From positions 64,001 through 128,000 of the IMG/VR virus record IMGVR_UViG_3300029288_004596: a DNA stretch of 64,000 bases, one strand, 5' to 3'. The DNA comes from a virus. Taxonomy: Duplodnaviria > Caudoviricetes. The notes beneath the pieces are model-generated. The model was given only the letters and a program-made list of their open reading frames with translations, did not search any database and was not told the origin of the DNA. Shown piece by piece: positions 9,634 to 18,786 of this stretch; position 1 is the first letter of the stretch, and the number at the start of each line of letters is the position of its first letter. Both the position numbers and the translations under genes were made by a program.

Positions 9634-10191
9634 TTTTATAAAAGTGAAATTCCCTTCTGACTCAAGCCTTGAGGGTTGTCTGTTAACCCCATAGGCGTTG
9701 CCATGCATTCCTGGAGGTTGCTGCTGCGGCAATACTTGAGCTGGCGGAGTTCCTTCTAAGAATACAGATGGGTCAACTCCATGGATTCCGCCCATTATCA
9801 TCTTTGCCATAGCGGCGTACTTGTACCAGGTTAGAGATTCCATGCTCTCCAGGATATCTGGAGTCATGGTGGGGAAACAAAAGCATATCAAGCAGTCTAT
9901 TCTGGCTTCATCTGTGGAAGCCCAGTCCTCAACCGCCTTTATCAGTTTCCTTACAGAGTCTTCATTGAGCATACCGCTCGCGTCCAGTATAGCTTCAGCT
10001 AGAGTAGATGGTATGCCAGCATAACAGTCTTCCCATCCTGGGAAGTCATCTGGGATTTTAAGGGTGCATAGCTTGGCTATCTCATCCTCAAAACCCACAG
10101 GATCATCTAAGTTCTCAGCCAGGATCTCCTTGTATTCTTTCCTTGTGAGAGATCTGTAAGTGTAGGTCTCCCCTAGAATAGAGATGTCCAT
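9631..10191 (-). CDS. tail assembly chaperone-like protein
   Basis: YTYRSLTRKEY...AGIPSTLAEAILDASG is homologous to the repeats in the upstream gene. Lies between the tube genes and the tape-measure-position gene. Confidence 0.6.
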   Translation of the reverse strand: MDISILGETYTYRSLTRKEYKEILAENLDDPVGFEDEIAKLCTLKIPDDFPGWEDCYAGIPSTLAEAILDASGMLNEDSVRKLIKAVEDWASTDEARIDCLICFCFPTMTPDILESMESLTWYKYAAMAKMIMGGIHGVDPSVFLEGTPPAQVLPQQQPPGMHGNAYGVNRQPSRLESEGNFTFIK

Positions 10192-10196
10192 GCATC

Positions 10197-10895
10197 CTAG
10201 AGTTCCTGAACTTTGGCGGTGGAGTTATAACCTGAGGCTGTGAGGATCATGTTGGAAAGGGTGGGACAGTAGCCTGCTGGTTTAGCATTCCAGTCTATTT
10301 TCTTGGGCCAGAGCACGCAGCGATTGCATACTTCCTCGTCTCTTTCCATGTCGTCTCCAGAGTCTGTGGCTCTTTTAGCTGCCACCTTCCACTCCTGTCT
10401 TGTGATAGGCCTTATCACAAAAGACTCCTCTTCAAAGATGACTTCCTTTATAGGGAAGGGAGTGCCAGCCTTGAGTTTATCTATATCCTCAGTGCTGGGT
10501 CTCACAGGTATAATCACATCTCCTATAGTAGACGCTCTAGGCTGAGGTATATCCAGCTCAGGGACTATAAATCCCGACTTAGCCTGGATCCATGAGGACA
10601 GTGTTGGCACTAGTCCCGCTGGAAGTCCAGTCCATCCGCCTTTCTGAGCGTCTGGCTGGGGACATATGAGCCCATAGGTCACTATCTTTTCATTGACATC
10701 GTCTATGGTCATGTTGGGGTTGCTCTGAACAGTGGACATTACTGTCTCCCATTCTCCTTTAGAAAGAGTCCTGACCACGAATTCAAAGTCTCCCACAGGC
10801 ACAAGGTATATCTTGCCAAACTTGGTTTTTAGTTCTGAGATCGCTTCATCTGATAGCTCGAAGTCTATCAGAAGCGGGTGCTGATTAGTTTTCAC
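10197..10895 (-). CDS. tail assembly chaperone-like protein (two tandem copies of one domain)
   Basis: FVVRTLSKGEW...PAGLVPTLSSWIQAKSG and FVIRPITRQEW...PAGYCPTLSNMILTASG. Confidence 0.6.
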   Translation of the reverse strand: MKTNQHPLLIDFELSDEAISELKTKFGKIYLVPVGDFEFVVRTLSKGEWETVMSTVQSNPNMTIDDVNEKIVTYGLICPQPDAQKGGWTGLPAGLVPTLSSWIQAKSGFIVPELDIPQPRASTIGDVIIPVRPSTEDIDKLKAGTPFPIKEVIFEEESFVIRPITRQEWKVAAKRATDSGDDMERDEEVCNRCVLWPKKIDWNAKPAGYCPTLSNMILTASGYNSTAKVQEL

Positions 10896-10904
10896 TAGTC
10901 CTCC

Positions 10905-11690
10905 TTATGAAATGCTCCTACCCACAAATGAGTAAACCTCAAGGATGTTTCTCCCTGAGTCATCTATGGCTTTGGCGTAACTTCCTATGTCGCATCCCCT
11001 TATGATTTCCAGAGTTCCCCATTTATCATAAGAAGGATACTGATTGTTCCTTACTTCTTCTGGTTGTCCAAACTTCACCAGGATGTCAAACCCTTCTTTA
11101 GTGGTAGCATACCTGGGTCTCTTCATTATTCTATCTGTGGTTCTGCTAGTGGCGTTGTTGTTGACTCCCCAGTATGTCTCGTCAAAGGAATCCATGTAAT
11201 CTCTGTAAGCGTTGGGGTCATTTTGATTAGCTACATTGACTATATCCTCTAAGGTGAAGTCTCCTCCAAGAGCGGCCTGCTGAAGAGTAAGGTTCTTGGT
11301 GGCCATCTTCTTGCTAAGAGTCTTTATATCTTTATCAGTTCCCTCTTCATTAGCCAGTCTCTGGAGTATCTTGGTTATGTAACCTGAGTCCTTAAAGTTT
11401 ATGGTGAATGTGCCTTGTATCATCCTGGAGCCATGGGAGAATCTTCTGGGTGTATAGTCTGCATAGGAGAATACAGGTTTAACCTGTTCAAGTTCCTGGT
11501 ACTGCAGGGCTACGGCTTCATCTATGTAGATGTTGTTGAAGTAAACAGACACGTCCAGTCCCGAATAGTATGTGGAGTCAAACTCTCCAGTCACTATCCA
11601 CCTTGGAAGATCTCTATTGGGGTTTCCCAGTCCAGACTCGCTGCTGTAAAGATCCGCCCAGTTGTTTGGTCTGTTATATTTTAATCCCAT
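10905..11690 (-). CDS. tail tube-like paralogue 3 (possible tube initiator)
   Basis: YSGLDVSV...PVFSY...GSRMIQGTFTINF aligns with the FSGxD...GxRxIxGTLxF motif of the two upstream genes. Confidence 0.6.
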   Translation of the reverse strand: MGLKYNRPNNWADLYSSESGLGNPNRDLPRWIVTGEFDSTYYSGLDVSVYFNNIYIDEAVALQYQELEQVKPVFSYADYTPRRFSHGSRMIQGTFTINFKDSGYITKILQRLANEEGTDKDIKTLSKKMATKNLTLQQAALGGDFTLEDIVNVANQNDPNAYRDYMDSFDETYWGVNNNATSRTTDRIMKRPRYATTKEGFDILVKFGQPEEVRNNQYPSYDKWGTLEIIRGCDIGSYAKAIDDSGRNILEVYSFVGRSIS

Positions 11691-12285
11691 TGTTTATTAA
11701 GCTTCCATCCTCTTTCCTTGGAGGGGTCACAGGCTGGAATGGTATTCTCCTTAGAGCCATGAATGAGTAGCTCTCCATTAATATTATAGTCTCTAGATTA
11801 TAGGAAGTTCCTTCATCCAGTATGGTGATGCCTTCTATGACTGAGTAGCTGGCTTCTCCAGTTTCATTGACAGCTGTTATTATTATATTGAATGGAGGCA
11901 GCTCATCGGCAGCTGAATAGTCAGGACTTAGATGTGATCCACTGGATAAAGCTGACCTTACCCAGCTATCTACCGAGTCTCTAGTCAGCATGGAGAAGGC
12001 GCTTCTGTCTATAGTGTTGAAGGCCAGGGTCCCGCCAATCGTGCGGTGTCCAGCGGTATATCCCTTAGGCCCTATAGAACCAAGGGAGGCTACAGGGAAC
12101 TTGTCTCTGTGCTGAGATATGGAAATCATAGCTATAGTCCCCAAAGGTATAGTCTTGGTTACCCCGGGAATTGTGCCAGGAGGAATAAGGGCTGTCATAT
12201 CAGCGGCAGAAAAACCATTTCCCTGATCATAGTAGTTATAGGAGCCAAAGTGTTGACCCTTTTCATCATAGTATTTTTTTACCAT
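11674..12285 (-). CDS. tail tube-like paralogue 2
   Basis: FSAADM, GHRTIGGTLAF, DELPPFNIIIT and EGITILDEG are shared with 12321-13052. Confidence 0.65.
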   Translation of the reverse strand: MVKKYYDEKGQHFGSYNYYDQGNGFSAADMTALIPPGTIPGVTKTIPLGTIAMISISQHRDKFPVASLGSIGPKGYTAGHRTIGGTLAFNTIDRSAFSMLTRDSVDSWVRSALSSGSHLSPDYSAADELPPFNIIITAVNETGEASYSVIEGITILDEGTSYNLETIILMESYSFMALRRIPFQPVTPPRKEDGSLINNGIKI

Positions 12286-12320
12286 AAGAAACCTTGGGGG
12301 TGGGTTGCACCCCCATTAAG

Positions 12321-13052
12321 TTAGTTAGAGAACTTAAACTCAGCCCCCACAGGGACTAGAGGAGTAACTTCTCTGGCAATATAGGTGTAAGCGCTTTCAG
12401 CGGTTAGGTCATCCATAGTGAAACCATAGCCCTCATTGATTAGGGTTATGCCCTGGATAGTGCACCAGGCTGCGTTGCCTGTGTCATTAACCATGGTTAT
12501 AACCAGATCAAATGGAGGTATCTGGTCCACATACTTTAGTTTTCTCTGCTGTATTACAGCGTCCCATACCTGTCTTATCTCTTCTTGTATCCTGCTCTGC
12601 AGGTTGGTTCCACTTCGTATAACTCCAGCCACATTGAGATCCCCAGCTGGATTTGAAGCCACAACTCCCCCAATAAGTTCTGAGAATGGGTTGTTAGTAG
12701 CTCCATTGTTTGTCTTTGCTGTGAGGTTAAGAACATCCTGGATGCTCTTTCCATACAAAGTCCCCTTGCCCGCAGTTCCTCTTTCATCTAAGAAAGTGTC
12801 TAAGAGCAGGGAGTGCCTGTCAAAGTTGGAGAATACAAGGGTTCCCGATATTCCCCTCTTGCCTTTCACTATAGTGGCAAGACTCGCATTTCCCATAACG
12901 TATATAGGAAGAGTTTCTCTTGTGATAGAGACTGTGACAGCCTGCAGGTTTCCAATAACCTTGTTGCCAATGATAGCCTGCATATCACACCCAGAGAACG
13001 CTTTTCCGTCATACTTTGTTCCATCAGCAATCTGATCTTTTATACTAGCCAT
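12321..13052 (-). CDS. major tail tube protein
   Basis: Directly follows the sheath gene and has a strong RBS. Motifs FSGCDM, GKRGISGTLVF and DQIPPFD. A hairpin follows at about 12294-12316. Confidence 0.7.
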   Translation of the reverse strand: MASIKDQIADGTKYDGKAFSGCDMQAIIGNKVIGNLQAVTVSITRETLPIYVMGNASLATIVKGKRGISGTLVFSNFDRHSLLLDTFLDERGTAGKGTLYGKSIQDVLNLTAKTNNGATNNPFSELIGGVVASNPAGDLNVAGVIRSGTNLQSRIQEEIRQVWDAVIQQRKLKYVDQIPPFDLVITMVNDTGNAAWCTIQGITLINEGYGFTMDDLTAESAYTYIAREVTPLVPVGAEFKFSN

Positions 13053-13067
13053 TTACGTTCTCCTTCC

Positions 13068-14777
13068 TTAGTCTCCTGTCGGCGGCGAAAGATTGATAGT
13101 CACATCAATCTTAGTGATCTGGATAGCGGGTCTCAGAGTAAGGTCAATCCTTATTCTTCCAAGGATCTGATCCACTCCATCGGAGGTTACCGCGAACTGA
13201 TAGCCCACGCCCTCCTGTCCCACTATGGCTCCTTCAGCCGCTACTCTGTCAAGGTAGTTCTTGATAGCTGTCCTCATGGCTATTCGGATTCCAAAGGTGT
13301 TCGCTGTTCCAATATAGGGGTTGCAAATCCTTCTAATTCCCTCCACTACTGAGTTCACTATCCTGAGAATCTGCAGCTTGGCATAGTCGCTAGATCTCTT
13401 GGCGGCTGTGTTGTCCATGTTGACAACTATGTTGCCAGCATTATTGACTCTGAGCGCTGTATAGGCTCCGCCATAACCCCAGGAAGGAGGATCTCCCTGA
13501 GTAGCTGGCTGAGCTCCCGCTAGGAGGTTTACCTGTTTAGTGGTGAACTCCCATGCCAGAGCTTGAATTCCTGGGAACATCTTATTGGTCGCCGGATTCT
13601 GTGGTTCTAAGGAGGCTATAAAGCCCGCGTAGATCCCAGCCGGGGATTCAATATATGTCCCTAGAGAGTTCTGAGTCATTAAAGCGTCTGGTCCAGCCAC
13701 TACCTGTATAAATCTTCCAGCGTCTACTTTAGCTCCTGTCTCAGCGTCTATCACAGCAAACTGAGTGTCTCCATTGTTAGGAGACGCCAGGAAGTAGCCA
13801 AACTTGGAAGTTTTTCTTCCGGAGTCAGCGGCTCCAGCTGAGGACGCTGTCAAGTTAGTTACTATGTTGGCTATCTGATCTCTTGTAGTGTTAAGCGCTG
13901 GGGTCATGCCAATAACGCCTATCTTGGGGTAAGAGTTCTTGGCGGCCTTGTAGCACGCCTCCGCAAACTTGGTGACTACAGACACTGTGCCATCTCCACC
14001 AGAGGAGAGGTCATCATCTGCGTACAAGTCTGTGAGGTACACTATGTCAGCGTCGCTGTCTTCCAAGAGAGCGAAAGCTCCTGTGGTTGTATCTGTCAGG
14101 GATGTGTAGTAGGCTGCCTTTGTTATGGAGCCATCCTCCAGAGTCCCATTTGATCCATTTACCAGTGTCATGGTGTAGTTAGATCCACTAGCTATCACTG
14201 AGGTAAGCGCAGTGGTATTTGCAGCTTCAGCCCTTACGCTAAAGTTTAAGGGTTCCTTGTTTATGTCATTCACAAGGGAAGCTATGGTTTTACCGCTGGC
14301 CCAGCTAAAGGACAGGTTTCCGCCTCTCCCTATGCCGGACTGCACTATAGTCAAAGTGCTGGTAGCAGAGGAAACTATAACAGACACCCCGTTATATATT
14401 TTTCCTGGATAAAGCCCCTTAAATGTTAAGTTTCCTGAGGTTACAGAGGCTGTGTTGCCCCCTACCCTTAGGAAGTAGACGTTTGTGGCTCCACCCATGA
14501 GTACTTCATTCATACCCTTAACTAGCGAGTTGCCAGAATACTTGTTCTTGTAATTGGCTGATAGAGCTCCTGTGGCTGTGTACAAATCATTGTATGTCAC
14601 AGGGCCAAAGACGCTTTCAGCTTTACTTGGATTGATCCTGGTTATGACTCCCTGGGGTCCATCAAGGGCATTGCCTATTACCAGAACTGAGTCTGTAAGG
14701 TTGCCCTCAATGATAGGGACCATTAACCCGCCATCATTGTAATGAACGGAGATTGATGGGATGTTTTCTCGTGCCAT
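13068..14777 (-). CDS. contractile tail sheath protein
   Basis: N-terminal VLVIGNALDGP and C-terminal LQILRIVNSVVEGIRRICNPYIG...IDLTLRPAIQITKIDVTI are typical of sheath proteins. Confidence 0.85.
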   Translation of the reverse strand: MARENIPSISVHYNDGGLMVPIIEGNLTDSVLVIGNALDGPQGVITRINPSKAESVFGPVTYNDLYTATGALSANYKNKYSGNSLVKGMNEVLMGGATNVYFLRVGGNTASVTSGNLTFKGLYPGKIYNGVSVIVSSATSTLTIVQSGIGRGGNLSFSWASGKTIASLVNDINKEPLNFSVRAEAANTTALTSVIASGSNYTMTLVNGSNGTLEDGSITKAAYYTSLTDTTTGAFALLEDSDADIVYLTDLYADDDLSSGGDGTVSVVTKFAEACYKAAKNSYPKIGVIGMTPALNTTRDQIANIVTNLTASSAGAADSGRKTSKFGYFLASPNNGDTQFAVIDAETGAKVDAGRFIQVVAGPDALMTQNSLGTYIESPAGIYAGFIASLEPQNPATNKMFPGIQALAWEFTTKQVNLLAGAQPATQGDPPSWGYGGAYTALRVNNAGNIVVNMDNTAAKRSSDYAKLQILRIVNSVVEGIRRICNPYIGTANTFGIRIAMRTAIKNYLDRVAAEGAIVGQEGVGYQFAVTSDGVDQILGRIRIDLTLRPAIQITKIDVTINLSPPTGD

Positions 14778-14803
14778 TTAGTTCTCCTTCATAAGCATCA
14801 GAT

Positions 14804-15637
14804 CTAGGATCTGTCATAAGAAGTCTGTTTACCTGTTGATGTGTCCATGGAACTAGTCCACTTGGTGAACAGGATGTAGTATGTGCTGCCATAGGCGGGA
14901 TGCTTCCCTCCATTTAACCACATGATAGTTGGGGCGATAGTGGTTGTGGTGGTGTTTATGACAACAGCGTAGTCTAATCCATCCCTGTAGCTTGGAGAAG
15001 CCACAGTGTAGTCCGGGGTGTCGAATATGCCCATTATTCCAGAGAAGTTGTAGTCTACAGGTATTACGTCATCTATGTCAGGACCCCTGATTATTGGTTT
15101 GATATCCCAATCAAGATCTTCTCTGACGCTAATGAGCAAGTCATTTATCCTACTCTCTAGAACTGGTATATATTCTGTGTATTGAGCTCTGTATCTGAGG
15201 TGGCGGGCAACTGTTCTTTCTGGAACTTTTACTAGGGAGTCCATCAGCTGCTCTTCAAATATAAAGTGCTCTACCCCAGCCTCGCACAATGAAGGCCTGG
15301 CCTCCATTAGGAACTGTTCAAAGTCTAGCTGAAGTTTATTGACTTCAGCGTTAGTGGCATGGAACAGATCAAACTGATATATCACTGTCATTCTCTGGCC
15401 ATAATAAGAGGTCTGCGGAGCCCCAGTGATGGGTATGTCAGCTCCTCTGTATCTTGGCTTCCTTGTCTCCTTGCCTTCAGCTCCTGGAACCCTGGTGGCT
15501 ATTTTCCATGCGATGGTAGGGGCTTTTACTTCCTGCGTGGGGTATTCCTCTGTGAAGACAATGGACTTCAGGGGGGTCTGAGCCACTAGAGACTCCAGCA
15601 TGTGTGGTATGCTATATTCATGTAGCAGTCTTATCAT
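14804..15637 (-). CDS. putative tail completion/terminator protein
   Basis: Position before the sheath gene; KPRYR...IYQFDLF pattern. Confidence 0.5.
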   Translation of the reverse strand: MIRLLHEYSIPHMLESLVAQTPLKSIVFTEEYPTQEVKAPTIAWKIATRVPGAEGKETRKPRYRGADIPITGAPQTSYYGQRMTVIYQFDLFHATNAEVNKLQLDFEQFLMEARPSLCEAGVEHFIFEEQLMDSLVKVPERTVARHLRYRAQYTEYIPVLESRINDLLISVREDLDWDIKPIIRGPDIDDVIPVDYNFSGIMGIFDTPDYTVASPSYRDGLDYAVVINTTTTTIAPTIMWLNGGKHPAYGSTYYILFTKWTSSMDTSTGKQTSYDRS

Positions 15638-17067
15638 GTCTTGACACCCACCTGAAAGGATATTGAATTAACCTCTCCAATTACAGTAGCGTCTATATCT
15701 ATGACTATGTAATCGCTGAGGATGTTAATTCCATAACTGTAAGATTTAATATAGGGAGCGTTGGCCATGGCCTCCCCTACTATGGTGTTTACCTGTGAAT
15801 ATGAGTAGTTTATAGAACCTATGATAGGTTCTAGAGCATCATACAAATCTCTGTAGATGCTCTGGTAAGCCTTGAGGTCTGCTATAGTCCATGTGGAATG
15901 AGTTGTCACTCCTTTATAAACTGCTGGCCCCACTGAAATAGTGTTTACCATGGACACTATTCCTTTGCTGGCCAGTCCTGATAGGGATTCCGCAGAGTAC
16001 CTTGGAGAGAATTCCCTTATATTGATTGGACTCCTTGTGGAAGATATGCCATCTTTGGATAAAGCGGCAGCATAAGCGGGAGCCATAGTTCCCCAATAGG
16101 ATACTCCTGGAAACACTTCATAATAAAGTTCCTGAGCTGTGGCGTGCAGTTCTCTGGTGTCTATAGTACAGGCTGTACTGACAAAGGCTGAGACTTCCAC
16201 AGTGGACGCTGGCATAGAAAGGTTCTGCACAACAACTGTGGGATAACCCAACTCATCAAAGAAAGCGCTGTTAAATAACCCCTTAGCGTCTTCATAGGTC
16301 ATTCCAGCTATATGCGCCACATCCACTCCATAGAGGTCCGCGTACTGCAGGACTGTGGATAGTCCGCTTGTGGTAATAGTCCCATCTGATCCTGTAGACA
16401 TGGAACTCATGACTGGCGCTACTGTGGAGGAACCTATCCAGTCCACTTCTACTGGAATCCAGTTTTTAGCTCCGTCATAGTTTATAGATTTGGCCAGTTC
16501 CTTAGGGGTGTTTAGACTGTAGCTTCTAGTGTAGCCCATCCCTGGAGGAGGGACTATAGTTATTCCAGTGCTGCCAGCTGTGATAGTCATGGAGTTATAC
16601 AGGGTTCCATCATATCTTGAGGAGATAGTTATATAACTATCTCCTGATCCTATCCTGGTGACTGACTTGGTCCCTGGGAGTCTCATCACATATAGTTCAT
16701 CTGGCATTCCAGCCAGGGCCTCAAAAGCCGCCTTGACTACGCTTCCTGAAGGATGTTCTCTTAAATAACTAACATAGATGGTCTTGGATTCTCCAGGTTT
16801 CCAGAAGGTCATGGAGTTTCCGCTAAGGACCAGCCCATGAAGGTAATATTTGTTATAGTCCCCAGCTGAGTATTCAGTTATATCCACCATGTTATTCCAT
16901 GGAGTGGAAGATAAAGTTATAGAAGATGTGGAAGCTGCCAGGGTGTGGCACTCCCACCCTATGGATCCAAACTTAAGACCCAGGTCTCCAGCTGAGGAGT
17001 ACCTGTAGGGCTCAAGAGATGGTCCATCAAAGGCTGTCCCAATTATCATTAGTGGAACTCTACGCAT
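15634..17067 (-). CDS. second sheath-like protein
   Basis: MIIGTAFDGP at the N-terminus and LEPIIG...IDATVIGEVNSISFQV at the C-terminus parallel the main sheath protein. Confidence 0.65.
   Translation of the reverse strand: MRRVPLMIIGTAFDGPSLEPYRYSSAGDLGLKFGSIGWECHTLAASTSSITLSSTPWNNMVDITEYSAGDYNKYYLHGLVLSGNSMTFWKPGESKTIYVSYLREHPSGSVVKAAFEALAGMPDELYVMRLPGTKSVTRIGSGDSYITISSRYDGTLYNSMTITAGSTGITIVPPPGMGYTRSYSLNTPKELAKSINYDGAKNWIPVEVDWIGSSTVAPVMSSMSTGSDGTITTSGLSTVLQYADLYGVDVAHIAGMTYEDAKGLFNSAFFDELGYPTVVVQNLSMPASTVEVSAFVSTACTIDTRELHATAQELYYEVFPGVSYWGTMAPAYAAALSKDGISSTRSPINIREFSPRYSAESLSGLASKGIVSMVNTISVGPAVYKGVTTHSTWTIADLKAYQSIYRDLYDALEPIIGSINYSYSQVNTIVGEAMANAPYIKSYSYGINILSDYIVIDIDATVIGEVNSISFQVGVKT
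16165..16179. repeat. dispersed palindrome AGTACAGGCTGTACT
   Basis: Perfect arms; in the second sheath-like gene (STACT). Confidence 0.8.
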
Positions 17068-17566
17068 TTATCCCCCTGGATAGCAACTGTTCCTCAAGGA
17101 ACCATTTGGTTGAGTCAGCTATAAAACAGCCTACTGAGAAATAGCTTATTTCATCTTCCCTCATGGGGATCACTGTGTCTATGGTGTATACATGTAATAT
17201 TTCTGTAGGTTGTCCTATGCTTCCCACAAGTCCAGTTCTCACATTCCAAGATGCCTCTAATATTTTGTCTCCCATCTTAGGATATGTTCCGCTCTTCAGA
17301 TAAACCACTAGATCATAGTTAGGAATATTTCCATAAGTGGTTTCTGTGTCTGGAGTAAATAATGCTCTAGGTTTTGTTATTCTGGAAGGCAATCTCTCAA
17401 AGGACACTGAGTATCCTGTGCCATAGCAGGTGGGGCATAGGGAGTTGCCTTGGGATGTTGGCTCATCCCAGCATGCTGGACACTTGAATTTCTTATTGCC
17501 CCTCATATAAATTATCCATGTGGGATACTTATCTATAAAGTCCTCAAAGTTTGTTAACACTCTCAT
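17060..17566 (-). CDS. neck/head-closure-like protein with a CxxC zinc motif
   Basis: KCPACWD...LCPTCYGTGY and YPKMGDKILE; lies between the head and tail genes. Confidence 0.55.
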   Translation of the reverse strand: MRVLTNFEDFIDKYPTWIIYMRGNKKFKCPACWDEPTSQGNSLCPTCYGTGYSVSFERLPSRITKPRALFTPDTETTYGNIPNYDLVVYLKSGTYPKMGDKILEASWNVRTGLVGSIGQPTEILHVYTIDTVIPMREDEISYFSVGCFIADSTKWFLEEQLLSRGINA

Positions 17567-18786
17567 GATTTCTTAATAGTCACCTTAGCCGCATTGGGTT
17601 GTCTTACTGATACATTGACATCTAACCCATCCACCAGTTTCTTGCCAATAGACGCGTTAGTGGATAAGGTTGCTGTCTGTGCATCCCATATTCCCTGGAT
17701 AGCTCCAGCTGTTAATCCTACGTCCCCAGTAGAAGTGGCTGATATAGTCTCTCCTGTGAGAGTGGCCACTACTCTATTTCCTATGGAGGATAGCGCTGAG
17801 GTCTTAGCGTTAATGGATAGTACTGTAGGAGCGTAAGAGCTTGGCATTCTGGAACTTATAGTAGTGTCTACTCTATTAGCTGTAGTATATAACATATATC
17901 CAGCCTGACCGCCGGGATAAATTACGTCATCTATAGCTTCGCTCCATATATCTTGGGTGATTGCCGCCACTGTTAAAGACGAGGGGGCTCTGGAAGTTAT
18001 AGTGGCATTGAGATTATCCAGGTTAGTGGACCTGGTTGAAGTTAATCTGCCAGTTAGAGTTTGAGTATTGGCAAGCGCAGTGGCTATGGAGGTATTGTCA
18101 GGAGCTGTGTAATTAGCTGAGGCCAATCTACTAGAAATAGCCACATCCAAGTTGGGGGCTACAGTTGAATTTATAATTCCAGCGTTCATGGATGACACGT
18201 TGACGCTAGTTACTGAGGTTGCTCCTCCAGAGGTGTATACCTGTTCCCCATCTAGTGTAGCCTTTACATCATTTCCTGTGTAGGTCAAAGCTGAGGTCTT
18301 GGAATTAATAGTTTGTATTGTGGAACCAAAGGAACTAGACATTCTTGAGCTTACTGTGGAGTCCACTCTGCTATTTGTTATATATAACATTCCTCCAGCT
18401 TGATTTCCAGGATAAACCACATCATCTACAACCTCGCTCCACACATCCTGGGTTATTGCCGCCACTGTGAGAGTGGAAGGAGCTCTGGAAGCAATAGTTG
18501 CATTTAAGTTATCCAGGTTTCCAGCTCTTCCTGAGGTATAATCATTTTCCGTGATCACAGTCATGGCGAAACTATCTACGCCAGGAGCTTCCACATGCAG
18601 TCCCACTATATCTCCAGAGGTTTCCCTGTTGGTGAGGATCACCTTGTACCAGCCCCTGCTTATTTCAGTTACCCCTGAAGTTATCTGGTTAAAGGAGTTT
18701 CCATTAATAGATACATAACCTATAGGGGATAGTCCTGTAGTCCCCAGGCTCACTGGCATTGCTATATAAGAGTTTCTATAAATCAT
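17563..18786 (-). CDS. virion appendage/fibre-like protein with an internal duplication
   Basis: An ~85-aa unit NLDNLNATI.SRAPS.LTVAAITQD.WSE..DDV.YPG.QAG.MLY occurs twice. Ser/Thr-rich. Confidence 0.55.
   Translation of the reverse strand: MIYRNSYIAMPVSLGTTGLSPIGYVSINGNSFNQITSGVTEISRGWYKVILTNRETSGDIVGLHVEAPGVDSFAMTVITENDYTSGRAGNLDNLNATIASRAPSTLTVAAITQDVWSEVVDDVVYPGNQAGGMLYITNSRVDSTVSSRMSSSFGSTIQTINSKTSALTYTGNDVKATLDGEQVYTSGGATSVTSVNVSSMNAGIINSTVAPNLDVAISSRLASANYTAPDNTSIATALANTQTLTGRLTSTRSTNLDNLNATITSRAPSSLTVAAITQDIWSEAIDDVIYPGGQAGYMLYTTANRVDTTISSRMPSSYAPTVLSINAKTSALSSIGNRVVATLTGETISATSTGDVGLTAGAIQGIWDAQTATLSTNASIGKKLVDGLDVNVSVRQPNAAKVTIKKS

Noticed and set aside
9631-10895. programmed frameshift between the tail chaperones
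   Set aside because: No convincing slippery heptamer near the first stop codon; the second gene has its own ATG and a complete domain.
12436-13352. long plus-strand ORFs opposite the tail genes (and similar antisense ORFs throughout)
   Set aside because: They are shadows of well-supported genes on the opposite strand, with no RBS or motifs.
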